DNA from: Capsulimonadaceae bacterium
Lineage (GTDB): Bacteria; Armatimonadota; Armatimonadia; Armatimonadales; Capsulimonadaceae
Assembly (NCBI GenBank): GCA_965215505.1
Contig: OZ244065.1
Coordinates: forward strand, 1,600,001 to 1,664,000
Direction: 5' to 3'
DNA length: 64,000 nucleotides
Shown: positions 9,584 to 18,542 of the stretch, piece after piece
How positions within the stretch are numbered: position 1 is the first letter of the stretch
Layout: each line of letters starts with the position of its first letter
Made by a program: the position numbers and the translations under genes
The notes under the pieces: generated by a model
Databases searched by the model: none
Told to the model about the DNA's origin: nothing
What the model saw: the letters and a program-made list of their open reading frames with translations, nothing else

Positions 9584-9610
9584 GTCCAGCAAAGCGTTGC
9601 ACCCGACGCC
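9584..9610 (+). other. truncated attC-like site 3 (left arm only)
   Basis: GTCCAGC-AAAGCGTTGCACCCGACGCC aligns to left arms of sites 1 and 2, 27 bp after the stop. Confidence 0.55.
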
Positions 9611-9826
9611 ATCCGCGTCTTTATCTCTACTGGAACAATGCTCAAGAAGCCTACCTTAAGACAACGCGCCAGCCGAACATCATCCGGTGACAGCGATGAC
9701 ACGAACTTACGAGCCGGAGGAGTCCGAGGCAGACACGGACGAGGAGCGCCCCATTGCTGTTCTCGCGGAGAGGCGGCGGCAGTTCCTCTCGATGTTGAAC
9801 GCGCGGGAGCCTCAGTCAGATCAATA

Positions 9827-9865
9827 GAACGCCCGACGCATCTGCGGCGGGCGTTCTGCTGTCAA
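9827..9865 (+). terminator. terminator-like hairpin, right copy of island-flanking direct repeat
   Basis: GAACGCCCGACGCA-tc-TGCGGCGGGCGTTC-TGCTGTCAA. Confidence 0.75.
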
Positions 9866-10147
9866 AGGCAGTGCATATCGGGTATAATGGTAGACAAGTA
9901 AGTCATCCCAGGCAGGTACGGGCAGGGAGACGCTAACGCAGCAAACACAAAAAATGCGAGAACGAACTGGCGGCGGAGAGCGCAAGGGGACGCGGAAAAT
10001 CGTTGTTATGCAAATTTGTCGAAACGAACTCCCCGCGCACTCTGCTCCACCACCTTTCGCAGCACCCAGGGCGAGGGCTTATGGAGGGGAGGCACAGGGG
10101 CCTCCCCCTACGCGCCCCTGGAGTTCCCGCCAGGCATTCTGTCACGG

Positions 10148-10290
10148 GTAGGGGCAACCCCCTGTGGTTGCCCTCCGTTGTGGTTGCCCTCCGTTGTGGT
10201 TGCCCTCCGTTGTGGTTGCCCTCCGTTGTGGTTGCCCTCCGTTGTGGTTGCCCTCCGTTGTGGTTGCCCTCCGTTGTGGTTGCCCTCCGT
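10148..10290. repeat. GTAG-type REP hairpin with right arm expanded to 8 x 16-bp tandem repeat
   Basis: GTAGGGGCAACCCCC followed by (TGTGGTTGCCCTCCGT)x8 at 10163-10290, no spacers. Confidence 0.9.
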
Positions 10291-10385
10291 AGGCAGTCGC
10301 ACCGCAGCACCCCCTATGTCTACGGCGGGCGTTCTCGTTGTGGTACAATGCCACCATCAAGTCTCGGCATCGCAGGAGGTGTGGA

Positions 10386-10700
10386 ATGTCTGTCACTGCT
10401 ACAGCGGCCCCGACTTATCAGGCGGAAGAAACCGACGAAAAGATGCAAAGGGCGAAAGCCCTCTACGAGAGCAAGCTGAAGGCGAAGCTAGAACCGGAGT
10501 TCAACAACAAGTTCATCGCCATCGAGCCGGACACGGAGGCTTACGCCATCGCCGACTCAAGCGGGAATGCGATGCGGGCGATGTACAAGACGCATCCCTC
10601 GAAGCCTGTTCTTCTGATGAAGATCGGCCCGGAGCCGGAAACCGAACTGGCGATTCGTATCCTGGGGGCGGAGGCGCTGGCAAAGATGCGGCAGAAATGA
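10386..10700 (+). CDS. small hypothetical protein coupled to aspartic protease gene
   Basis: RBS AGGAGGT; KFIAIEPDTEAY motif; stop overlaps next ATG (ATGA). Confidence 0.75.
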   Translation: MSVTATAAPTYQAEETDEKMQRAKALYESKLKAKLEPEFNNKFIAIEPDTEAYAIADSSGNAMRAMYKTHPSKPVLLMKIGPEPETELAIRILGAEALAKMRQK

Positions 10701-11059
10701 TCCTCGGTTACACTCGGGACAGGTTCCCCCGCATCAGCCTCAGTTTGCCGGGTTTAGACGGCCCTCTCCGTGTCGAGTTCATCGTGGACACGGCCTTCGA
10801 CGGTGACTTGGCCCTGCCCACTCATCTAGTCTCGCGCCTGGAAACCGTTTATTCCGCTTCCCGCCGGGTCCGTTTGGCCGACGGCTATGAGAGCAGCCAG
10901 GCATACCGCCAGATCGAATTGACATGGGATGAGGATGTCATCCCCATCGAGGTCCTGGTCATGGAAACCACGCCGCTCATCGGCGTCCTGCTGATGAAGG
11001 ACTATTTGCTTCAAGCGGAAATGCAGGACGGCGGCGAGGTGTCGCTGGAACCGCTGTAA
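10697..11059 (+). CDS. clan AA (retropepsin-like) aspartic protease
   Basis: FIVDTAFDGDLALP, LADG flap, PLIGVLLM. Confidence 0.8.
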   Translation: MILGYTRDRFPRISLSLPGLDGPLRVEFIVDTAFDGDLALPTHLVSRLETVYSASRRVRLADGYESSQAYRQIELTWDEDVIPIEVLVMETTPLIGVLLMKDYLLQAEMQDGGEVSLEPL

Positions 11060-11116
11060 CAGCCCAGACTGTCCCGTCGCCTTGACACCCGCCGGGTTTA
11101 GTGTTATCATCAGGGC

Positions 11117-13699
11117 ATGCAACTTCCTAAACCCTTCCTCCGCGCTCTGCTGCCGCTGACCGCCCTCTGCGCCGTCGCGGCGTCTGCGGGCGCTCAGGCC
11201 GTATCCTCCCTCCGCCCGCCCGCCGTGCCGCTGGTGACGGACGACCCGTACCTGAGCATCTGGTCTGAGGCCGACCGCCTCACCGACAAGGCCACCGTCC
11301 ACTGGACCGGACGGCCGCACTCGCTGACGAGCATGATCCGCGTGGACGGGCAGGCCTTCCGGCTGATGGGGGCGAAGCCCGCGACTGTCCCGGCCCTGCC
11401 GCAGACGGCCCTGCGGGTGCTGCCAACGCGGACGGTCTACGACTTCGAGAACCCCGCCGTCCATGTCACGCTGACCTTCATGACGCCCAAGCTGCCCTCC
11501 GACCTGGACGTGTATGGCCGCCCCGTGACCTACCTCACCTGGGACGTGCGCGCTTTAGACGGCCGGAAGCACGCGACTTCGGTCTACTTCGACAACAGCG
11601 CCGAACTCGCCGTCAACTCGCCCGACGAGGCCGTCGTCTGGCAGCGTCAGGCGATGGGGCCGCTGACCGCCCTGCGGATCGGCACCCAGGCCCAGCCCGT
11701 GCTTGGGAGCAGGGGCGATGACATCCGCATCAACTACGGCTACGCCTACGCCGCCGCGCCTTCAGCGGGGACGCAGGCCGCGCAGGGGGCGGCAGACGTC
11801 GTGCAGGGGGCATTCGTGTCCGGCGGCAGGCTGCCGGGCCGCGAGGACACCCGGCAGCCGCGCGCCGTCAAGGACGCCATGCCCGTCTCGGCCCTGGCTT
11901 TGGATTTCGGGAAGGTCGGGGCGGCCCCGGTCTCGCACTACGTCCTGCTGGCCTATGACGAGATTTACGAGGTCCGGTTCTTCCGGCAGAATCTACACCC
12001 GTACTGGCGTCGGAACGGCGCAGGCCCTTCCGACCTGCTCCAGACGGCGGCGCGGGACTACCCGGCCTTGTCGGCGCGGTGCGCCGCCTTCGACGACTCC
12101 TTGATGGCCGACCTGACCAAGCAGGGCGGCGCGCGCTACGCCCAGATCGCCGCCCTGGCCTACCGGGAGGCCATCGCGGGCACGGGCCTTGCCGCCGACG
12201 CCGACGGGAAGCCGCTGCTGTTCACCAAGGAGAACACCTCCAACGGCGACATCGCGACCGTGGACGTCATCTTCCCCGCCGACCCGATCTTCGTGCTGTT
12301 CTCCCCCGCCCTGGCGAAAGCCTCGCTCGTCCCCGTCCTGCTCTATGCGGACTCGCCGCACTGGAAGTTCCCCAATGCGCCGCACGACCTGGGGACGTAC
12401 CCCGTCGCCAGCGGGACCGATGACGGCGGCGAGGGCATGCCGGTCGAGGAGAGCGGCAACATGCTGATCCTCCTGGACGCCATCGCCAAGGAGGACGGCA
12501 ACGCGGGCTTCGCCTCCCGGTGGTGGCCCAAGGTAACGCAGTGGGCCGAGTACCTCCAGTCTTACGGCCTGGACCCCGAGGACCAGCTCTGCACCGACGA
12601 CTTCATGGGGCACCTGGCGCACAACTCCAACCTGTCCGTCAAGGCAATCATCGGCCTGGCCGCCTACGGGGACATGTGCCGGATGCGCGGCGACAACGCG
12701 GCGGCGGAGAAGTACTCCGCCATGGCGAACGGCTTCGCGAAACACTGGGTCCAGGCGGCGGGCGACGGCAACCACTCCCGGTTGGCCTTCGACAAGCCGA
12801 ACACCTGGAGCCAGAAGTACAACCTGGTCTGGGACCAGATCCTGAACCTGCACGTCTTCCCTCCTGCGGTCGCGTCGTCCGAGGTCGCCTACTACAAGAC
12901 GGTCATGCAGCCTTACGGCGTCCCGCTCGACTCGCGGACGCACGGGACCAAGACGGACTGGTCCATCTGGAGCGCCACGATGGCGGACGACCGGGCCGAT
13001 TTCGAGACTCTGGTTTCGCCGATCTACGATTATCTGAACACGACCACCGCACGTCAGCCATTAGCAGACCAGTATGCGACCGACGACATCAAAAGCGTCG
13101 GCATGCACGCCCGCCCGGTCGTCGGCGGCCTGTTCATCAAGATGCTGTCCGACCCCGCCCTGTGGTTCAAGTGGTCCGCGCGCGGCGCGGACGTGCGCGG
13201 GGCGTGGGCACCCTTCCCCGCCCAGCCGACCCTGGAAACCGTCGTGCCCACGTCGCAGGTCACGCCCATCGTCTGGCGCTACACGACCACGGCCGGCAAG
13301 CCCGCCGCCGACTGGTACAAGGCCGGCTTTGACGACTCGGCCTGGAAGGAGGGGCCGGCGGGCTTCGGCACCGACCCGCCCGGCGTCAAACCTAACACGG
13401 TCTGGTCGGACTCGCCCGGCGACCTCTGGATACGGAGGAAGTTCGACATGCCCGCCGGCAGGTTCGGCGACCTGGAGTTCCTGTGCTACCACGACGAGGA
13501 CGTCGAGATCTACATCAACGGCGTCCTCGCCGCCGGCGCGAACGGCTTCACGTCCTCCTACGACACCCTCCCCCTGTCGGCGGCGGGCCGCGCCGCGTTG
13601 CACACCGGCACGAACGTCATCGCCGCCCACTGCCACCAGACGACGGGCGGCCAGTTCCTAGACATTGGCCTGGTCAACGTCACAACCCCCGCGCACTAG
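11117..13699 (+). CDS. GtaA/glutaminase A-like (DUF5127/DUF4965/DUF1793) secreted protein with C-terminal sugar-binding-like domain
   Basis: RPPAVPLVTDDPYLSIW, KENTSNG..ATVDV, HDLGTYP, MPVEESGNM, LCTDDF, SQKYNLVWD. Confidence 0.88.
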   Translation: MQLPKPFLRALLPLTALCAVAASAGAQAVSSLRPPAVPLVTDDPYLSIWSEADRLTDKATVHWTGRPHSLTSMIRVDGQAFRLMGAKPATVPALPQTALRVLPTRTVYDFENPAVHVTLTFMTPKLPSDLDVYGRPVTYLTWDVRALDGRKHATSVYFDNSAELAVNSPDEAVVWQRQAMGPLTALRIGTQAQPVLGSRGDDIRINYGYAYAAAPSAGTQAAQGAADVVQGAFVSGGRLPGREDTRQPRAVKDAMPVSALALDFGKVGAAPVSHYVLLAYDEIYEVRFFRQNLHPYWRRNGAGPSDLLQTAARDYPALSARCAAFDDSLMADLTKQGGARYAQIAALAYREAIAGTGLAADADGKPLLFTKENTSNGDIATVDVIFPADPIFVLFSPALAKASLVPVLLYADSPHWKFPNAPHDLGTYPVASGTDDGGEGMPVEESGNMLILLDAIAKEDGNAGFASRWWPKVTQWAEYLQSYGLDPEDQLCTDDFMGHLAHNSNLSVKAIIGLAAYGDMCRMRGDNAAAEKYSAMANGFAKHWVQAAGDGNHSRLAFDKPNTWSQKYNLVWDQILNLHVFPPAVASSEVAYYKTVMQPYGVPLDSRTHGTKTDWSIWSATMADDRADFETLVSPIYDYLNTTTARQPLADQYATDDIKSVGMHARPVVGGLFIKMLSDPALWFKWSARGADVRGAWAPFPAQPTLETVVPTSQVTPIVWRYTTTAGKPAADWYKAGFDDSAWKEGPAGFGTDPPGVKPNTVWSDSPGDLWIRRKFDMPAGRFGDLEFLCYHDEDVEIYINGVLAAGANGFTSSYDTLPLSAAGRAALHTGTNVIAAHCHQTTGGQFLDIGLVNVTTPAH

Positions 13700-13716
13700 G
13701 CGCAGCGGGAGGCAGC

Positions 13717-13757
13717 AAAACGCCGGGGCGCGAATGATCGCGCCCCGGCGTTTCTTT
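13717..13757. terminator. bidirectional terminator
   Basis: AAACGCCGGGGCGCGA-atga-TCGCGCCCCGGCGTTT between convergent genes. Confidence 0.85.
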
Positions 13758-13763
13758 GTTCGG

Positions 13764-14621
13764 TCACATATACCCCGCCGCGCCCAGCAGTTCGCGGGTT
13801 TCGTCGTCCGCCTCGCCGGATTCTAGGAGCCGCTTGGTCAAGGCATCAGAGGGCTTCTGTCCGTAGATGGCGGACTTCATCCAGGCGGGGCCGTAGCCGA
13901 ACAGCAGCAGGCGGCGGAGGGTGCCGCCGGGGCGGGTAGGCAGGGCGCGGTGCCACAGATTGCCATGGGCGAAGACGCAGCTCCCCGCCGGGAGCGAGAG
14001 AACGACCTGACCGGGCTTGTCGGCGAAGTCGCCGGCCGCCAGCGCATCGGCCTGACGGGCGTGTGAGCCGGGGACTACGCAGAGCGGGCCGTTCAGCTCG
14101 TTCGTGTCGTCTAGGTACAAAAGAATGTCCAGCGTGTTCGGGGGCGAGTACCAGGCGGGAAGCGGGTCCGGGACGACGCGCTGGTGGAAGTGCCACTCCG
14201 TCTCCTGGTGCGGGTCGTCGGGGTAACAGATGCGGCCCGTGAAGCCGCGCACGGAGACGGCGGGGCCGAGCAGTGCGCGGGCGATGGAGAGGGTCGGCGC
14301 GAACTTCAAGAAGTCCAGGAAGGCAGTGTGCTTATCCATCAGGTGCCGGATGAAGACGCCGCCGAAGCTCTTGCCGCCGCCCTTCTCCAGCGTCTCGTCC
14401 TGCGCGACCGTCTCATCCAAGGCCGCCCGCAGGCGCTCCACCTCGGCCATCGGCAGCAGGCGCTCGCGGACGAGGTAGCCCTGCATAGCAAGATGGGCAA
14501 GTTCTTCCGAGGTCGCCAGTGCCTCCACCTGCCGCTTTGGAAAAGCCCGGTGGGCGTCGTTCGTCTGGTAGTCAATCACGGTGCGGCCTGGGATACTGCC
14601 TTCGTTGTAGGCGATGCTCAT
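13764..14621 (-). CDS. phytanoyl-CoA dioxygenase (PhyH) family Fe/2OG-type oxygenase
   Basis: QGYLV, LYLDD..ELNGPLCVVPGSH, AGSCVFAHGNLWHRA. Confidence 0.85.
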   Translation of the reverse strand: MSIAYNEGSIPGRTVIDYQTNDAHRAFPKRQVEALATSEELAHLAMQGYLVRERLLPMAEVERLRAALDETVAQDETLEKGGGKSFGGVFIRHLMDKHTAFLDFLKFAPTLSIARALLGPAVSVRGFTGRICYPDDPHQETEWHFHQRVVPDPLPAWYSPPNTLDILLYLDDTNELNGPLCVVPGSHARQADALAAGDFADKPGQVVLSLPAGSCVFAHGNLWHRALPTRPGGTLRRLLLFGYGPAWMKSAIYGQKPSDALTKRLLESGEADDETRELLGAAGYM

Positions 14622-17620
14622 GCGTGTTTTCCTTCCAATAGCTTTAGCAGACTATCCAGCGGATAGGTCTTGCCGGCCTGGGTTTCCAATCTCGTCGTCC
14701 GGTCGCCAAGGCGCACGGCGCACGGGCCGCCGACGTGGGAAAGAATCGCGACTCGCGTCAGCCTGCCCTCGTGCCAGGTCATATTTACCTCAAAGCCGCC
14801 CCGCGCCCGCAGGCCGCCCACCGAGCCGGAAGGCCAGGCGGAGGGCAGGGACGGGAGCAGGTGCAGGTCGCCCTCGTGGCTTTGCAGAAGCATCTCGCAG
14901 ACCCCGGAGACCGCGCCGAAGTTGCCGTCTATTTGGAACGGCGGGTGCAGGTCGAACAGGTTGGGGGCGGTCCGGTCCGGCGTCAGCAGCATCCGGACCA
15001 GCTTGTGGGCGTGGTCGCCGTCCCCGAGACGCGCCCAGAGGTTGATCTTCCAGGCCAGCGACCAGCCGGTCGCCTCGTCCCCGCGCGTCTCCAGCGACTT
15101 GCGGGCGGCGTCAAACAGGGCGGGGGTCCCGCGCCGGGTGATCTGGTGGCTGGGGAACAGGCCGTACAGGTGCGAGACGTGCCGGTGGTGCTGCTCCGGT
15201 GCCCCCGCGTCCCAGTCCTCCAGCCACTCCTGGAGCTGACCCGCCTGCCCGATCTGCATGGGGGCGAGACGGACGCGGGCGGCCCGCACCTGGGCGCGGA
15301 AGTCGGCGTCCGTGCCTAGAACCTCGGACGCCTGGGCGCAGGCGTCGAAGAGGTCGCGCAAAATCTGCATGTCCATCGTCGGCCCCGCGCAGACGTTCGC
15401 TCCGGGGTGGTGCGGGTTTTCGGGCGACACGGAGGGGTTCGTGACCAGCCACTTGTGCGTCGGCTCCTCGACCAGCGTGTCTAAAAAGAACTCCCCCGCA
15501 CCCTTCATCATGGGGTAATGGGTCTTCAAAGCCTCTTTGTCGCGCGTGAACTCGTAGTGGTCCCAGAACGATTTACACAACCATGCGCCGCCGGTCGGCC
15601 ACATCCCCGGCTCGGCGTAGTCCACGGGGGCAGTCCCGCGCCAGCCGTCGGTGTTGTGGTGGCAGACCCAGCCGCCCGCGCCGTACTGCACTCTGGCCGT
15701 GTTCCTCCCTGCGTCCGCCAGCTCGCCGATCATGCTGAACAGGGGCGCGTAGCACTCCAACAGGTTGGCCGGTGCCGCAGGCCAGTAGTTCATCTCCGTG
15801 TTGATGTTGACCGTGTACTTGCTGCCCCACGGCGGGGAGAGGCTGTCGTTCCACAGCCCTTGCAGTGTGGCGGGCTGGCCGCCGGGCCGTGAGCAGGACA
15901 GGAGCAAATAGCGGCCATACTGGAAGTGCAGGGCGGCGAGCGCGGGGTCGCGTCCATCAGCAAACGCCTTGACGCGCTCGTCGGTCGGCCTGCTTGCGGC
16001 CTCCGTCGCGCCGAGATCGAGGGCGACGCGGCGGAAGGGACGCTGGTGGTTGGCGACATGAGCATCACGCAGCTTAGCGTATGGGCTGCGGGTGGCCTGT
16101 TCCAAGAAGCCCGCAGCCAACCGAGAGGGATCTCCGCTGGCATCGCGGTAGCTCTTGTAGCCGGTGCCGACGGACACCAGCACGGTCACGGTATCGGCAC
16201 CCGTCACAGTCAATCGCCCGTCCCCCGCATGAACCGTCCCACCTTCGGCCTTAGCCCATGCCAGCGCCTGGAAGTGGACGGCTCCCTTGACGCCGTTCGC
16301 GTCACCGCTAATACCGTGCAGAGCGAGTGTGTTTACGTCGGGTACAGTCACCTCGGATTTCTGCGGGCTGTCGAGGGCAGCGGTAAACGAGATACTGCCT
16401 GGCCTGTCCGCCGTCAGGCGCATGACCAGCACTTGGTGAACGGCGCTGATGAAGCACTCGCGGGTGTAGTGGACGCCGCCCGTCGTATAAGACACGCGGG
16501 CGATAGCCGTGTCCAGGTCTAGTTCGCGGCGGTAGTCGGACACCATGCCGGGCGCGGGGAAGTCGAGCGTCAGATGGCCGACGGTCTGGTAAGGCAGCTC
16601 GGGCGCGGGGATGCCCATGAACTTGGCATTGATGAGCGCCTGGGCCTCGTGCCACTCGCCGTCAACGATCAAGCGGCGTATCTCCGGCAGGACCGCCAGA
16701 CCCTCGGGATTGGCGGGAGTGTAAGGGCCGCCCGCCCAGATGGTCCCTTCGTTAAGCTGAAGCCGCTCGGTCTCGACGCCGCCGTAGACCATCGCGGCCA
16801 GGCGGCCGTTACCGAGCGGCAAGGCTTCCAGCCATTTTTTGGCCGGGCGGCGATACCAGAGCGCGAGCGGCTGCGTCGGCGGTGAGGCTTCCCCGGTGAA
16901 TATCACGTTCCTGTCTCCTGTCTCGGCCCCCAGCCTCAGAGTCACCGTCCCGGCAAGGGGCGCGATAACGCGGCCCGGCGCACTTGTGAACCGCCAGTCA
17001 CCCAACACGACGGGCAGCACAGCCGCCGACTGCGGTCCGGACGCGGCGCGGCGGGCGATCTCCGCCGCCGCCAATGCTCGCCCGTATACGGCGGCCCGCA
17101 GGATGCGGCCATGGAAGCGGTTCTCCCCGTTCGGGTCCATCCCGACCCGCAGCGGAACCGGTGCCGGAGCCAGTGGCGGGAACGCGCTGTCCGTGACGCG
17201 GGCGACCTCCTTGCCGTCAACATAAAGCGCCATGACCTTCCGCGAGGCACTGTAGACGCCGGCAACGTGGGTCCAATGGTCACTAGACAAGTGGGCATTG
17301 TAGGAACACTGGCCTTTGGCCGTGATGAGGCGGAGGGAGTTGCCGGGGTAGGTGTCCAGCAAAAAGCCGGCGTTAGTCCCCGGCGGCGACTTGTCGAGGA
17401 TGCGCCCTCCCCCCTGCGGCATGAGGTCCGCCTTCACCCAGGCTTCCAGCGTGACGGCATCAGCACGATCGAGGGCGCGTTCCCCGGCGGCCTGATAGAT
17501 CGGCCCGTTCTCAGACAGCGCCAGCCCTCCGGGCGCGGGCGTGTCCGCCCGGCTTGAGCGTTGGAGGGATGCAGCGGCTAGGGCGGCGAGACCCGCTTGA
17601 AGGAACTGACGACGTTTCAT
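14618..17620 (-). CDS. GH95 alpha-L-fucosidase-like enzyme with Tat signal and LamG domain
   Basis: KRRQFL; EALPLGNGRL, QYGRYLL, NINTEMNYW, HRHVSHL, FQIDGNFG. Confidence 0.93.
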   Translation of the reverse strand: MKRRQFLQAGLAALAAASLQRSSRADTPAPGGLALSENGPIYQAAGERALDRADAVTLEAWVKADLMPQGGGRILDKSPPGTNAGFLLDTYPGNSLRLITAKGQCSYNAHLSSDHWTHVAGVYSASRKVMALYVDGKEVARVTDSAFPPLAPAPVPLRVGMDPNGENRFHGRILRAAVYGRALAAAEIARRAASGPQSAAVLPVVLGDWRFTSAPGRVIAPLAGTVTLRLGAETGDRNVIFTGEASPPTQPLALWYRRPAKKWLEALPLGNGRLAAMVYGGVETERLQLNEGTIWAGGPYTPANPEGLAVLPEIRRLIVDGEWHEAQALINAKFMGIPAPELPYQTVGHLTLDFPAPGMVSDYRRELDLDTAIARVSYTTGGVHYTRECFISAVHQVLVMRLTADRPGSISFTAALDSPQKSEVTVPDVNTLALHGISGDANGVKGAVHFQALAWAKAEGGTVHAGDGRLTVTGADTVTVLVSVGTGYKSYRDASGDPSRLAAGFLEQATRSPYAKLRDAHVANHQRPFRRVALDLGATEAASRPTDERVKAFADGRDPALAALHFQYGRYLLLSCSRPGGQPATLQGLWNDSLSPPWGSKYTVNINTEMNYWPAAPANLLECYAPLFSMIGELADAGRNTARVQYGAGGWVCHHNTDGWRGTAPVDYAEPGMWPTGGAWLCKSFWDHYEFTRDKEALKTHYPMMKGAGEFFLDTLVEEPTHKWLVTNPSVSPENPHHPGANVCAGPTMDMQILRDLFDACAQASEVLGTDADFRAQVRAARVRLAPMQIGQAGQLQEWLEDWDAGAPEQHHRHVSHLYGLFPSHQITRRGTPALFDAARKSLETRGDEATGWSLAWKINLWARLGDGDHAHKLVRMLLTPDRTAPNLFDLHPPFQIDGNFGAVSGVCEMLLQSHEGDLHLLPSLPSAWPSGSVGGLRARGGFEVNMTWHEGRLTRVAILSHVGGPCAVRLGDRTTRLETQAGKTYPLDSLLKLLEGKHA

Positions 17621-17643
17621 GGCATGACCTTTGGGACGAGGTT

Positions 17644-18471
17644 TTAGCCATTGTAAGGCCGCCAGGCGGTTTTGTCAAGGCTAGATTTGAGGTGTGGAAC
17701 CGCCACCGGCTTAGGCTGCACGGTCAGGGTACTGCTGTCGTCCCGCTGCATCTCACAGATGCTGCAAATCATCAGATTTGTGCGCGGCGATCTCAGCCGG
17801 GAAGCAGGTTTGCGGAATGAGTGGCCGCACTCCAGCATGAATTGAACAGCAGACCCAGATCGGTTCAGCGTTGCTACCTGCCCCGTAGATGTGATCCCAC
17901 GCCAAAGCGAATCGGCGGCGACAATGGACTGCCATTCATAGGCCAAAGCCGGCACCGGACAAGGGCCGACATAGTCCAGAAACTTTTGCACACGACCGCC
18001 CCTCAGGTAGAGCGCGTTGTTTGTCTTGAGGCGGAAGTCCAACCCATGCTGTGACAGTTTTGGCAGCAGATCGAGCAGCGCTCGCTGTTCAAAACCATAG
18101 GTGCCTAACTCGATCTGCTGAAGTCTTTTCTTCGCATCAGCCATCAGAAACCCGTCACCGAGACACTCCGTCAGCAGCAGCGAAGGCGTCACTACTAGAC
18201 CCGGCAATAATTGCTTCTTCCTATTCGGATACCATCGGGCGTAGGCTGAAGCGTAAACAGGGTCGGTTCGGGTATCCAACAACCAATACTGGTAATTACC
18301 GGAAGGAGGGAGGCCACTAATGCGGGACGTGGTAGGGAGCTAAGAGCTGACACGCTCTAGAAACGTCGGCTCTTTGCAGGTCTGCTGGTAACGGGATTAA
18401 CGGCACTGGCTGGGGATCGTCAGGTTCCCGTCGGACATCAGAATACCATTGAGCAGCTCAATCCATGACAT
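17644..18471 (-). pseudogene. free-standing double-motif LAGLIDADG homing endonuclease, disrupted
   Basis: From ATG 18471: ELLNGILMSDGNL (motif 1), in-frame stops at 18397-18399 and 18340-18342, same frame as ORF 17644-18282 with LLLTECLGDG (motif 2) and FLDYVGPCPVPALAYEW. Confidence 0.72.
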
Positions 18472-18501
18472 CTGAAGACCTAACCGTGAGAGATGACACG
18501 A

Positions 18502-18529
18502 AGGGCCAGAAGCTAATGCTTCTGGCCCT
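18502..18529 (-). terminator. hairpin downstream of nrdJ
   Basis: AGGGCCAGAAGC-taat-GCTTCTGGCCCT. Confidence 0.75.
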
Positions 18530-18542
18530 CCCTTTGTTTAGC

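Larger units (their letters stand above)
6573..9610 (+). mobile_element. degenerate integron-type gene cassette array (CALIN-like; no integrase in window)
   Basis: GTTGGGC core at 6573; attC-like sites 7745-7839 and 8386-8482, truncated site 9584-9610; co-oriented AT-rich ORFs between them. Confidence 0.75.

Noticed and set aside
9611-9826. Fourth cassette gene
   Set aside because: Only short interrupted frames; probably a remnant that cannot be assigned.
10163-10290. Possible CRISPR array
   Set aside because: Head-to-tail 16-bp units with no spacers and no cas genes; the same applies to 963-1062.
10016-11059. 347-aa ORF fusing repeats to the protease
   Set aside because: Read-through of the tandem repeat; the likely genes start at 10386 (strong RBS) and 10697 (ATGA coupling).
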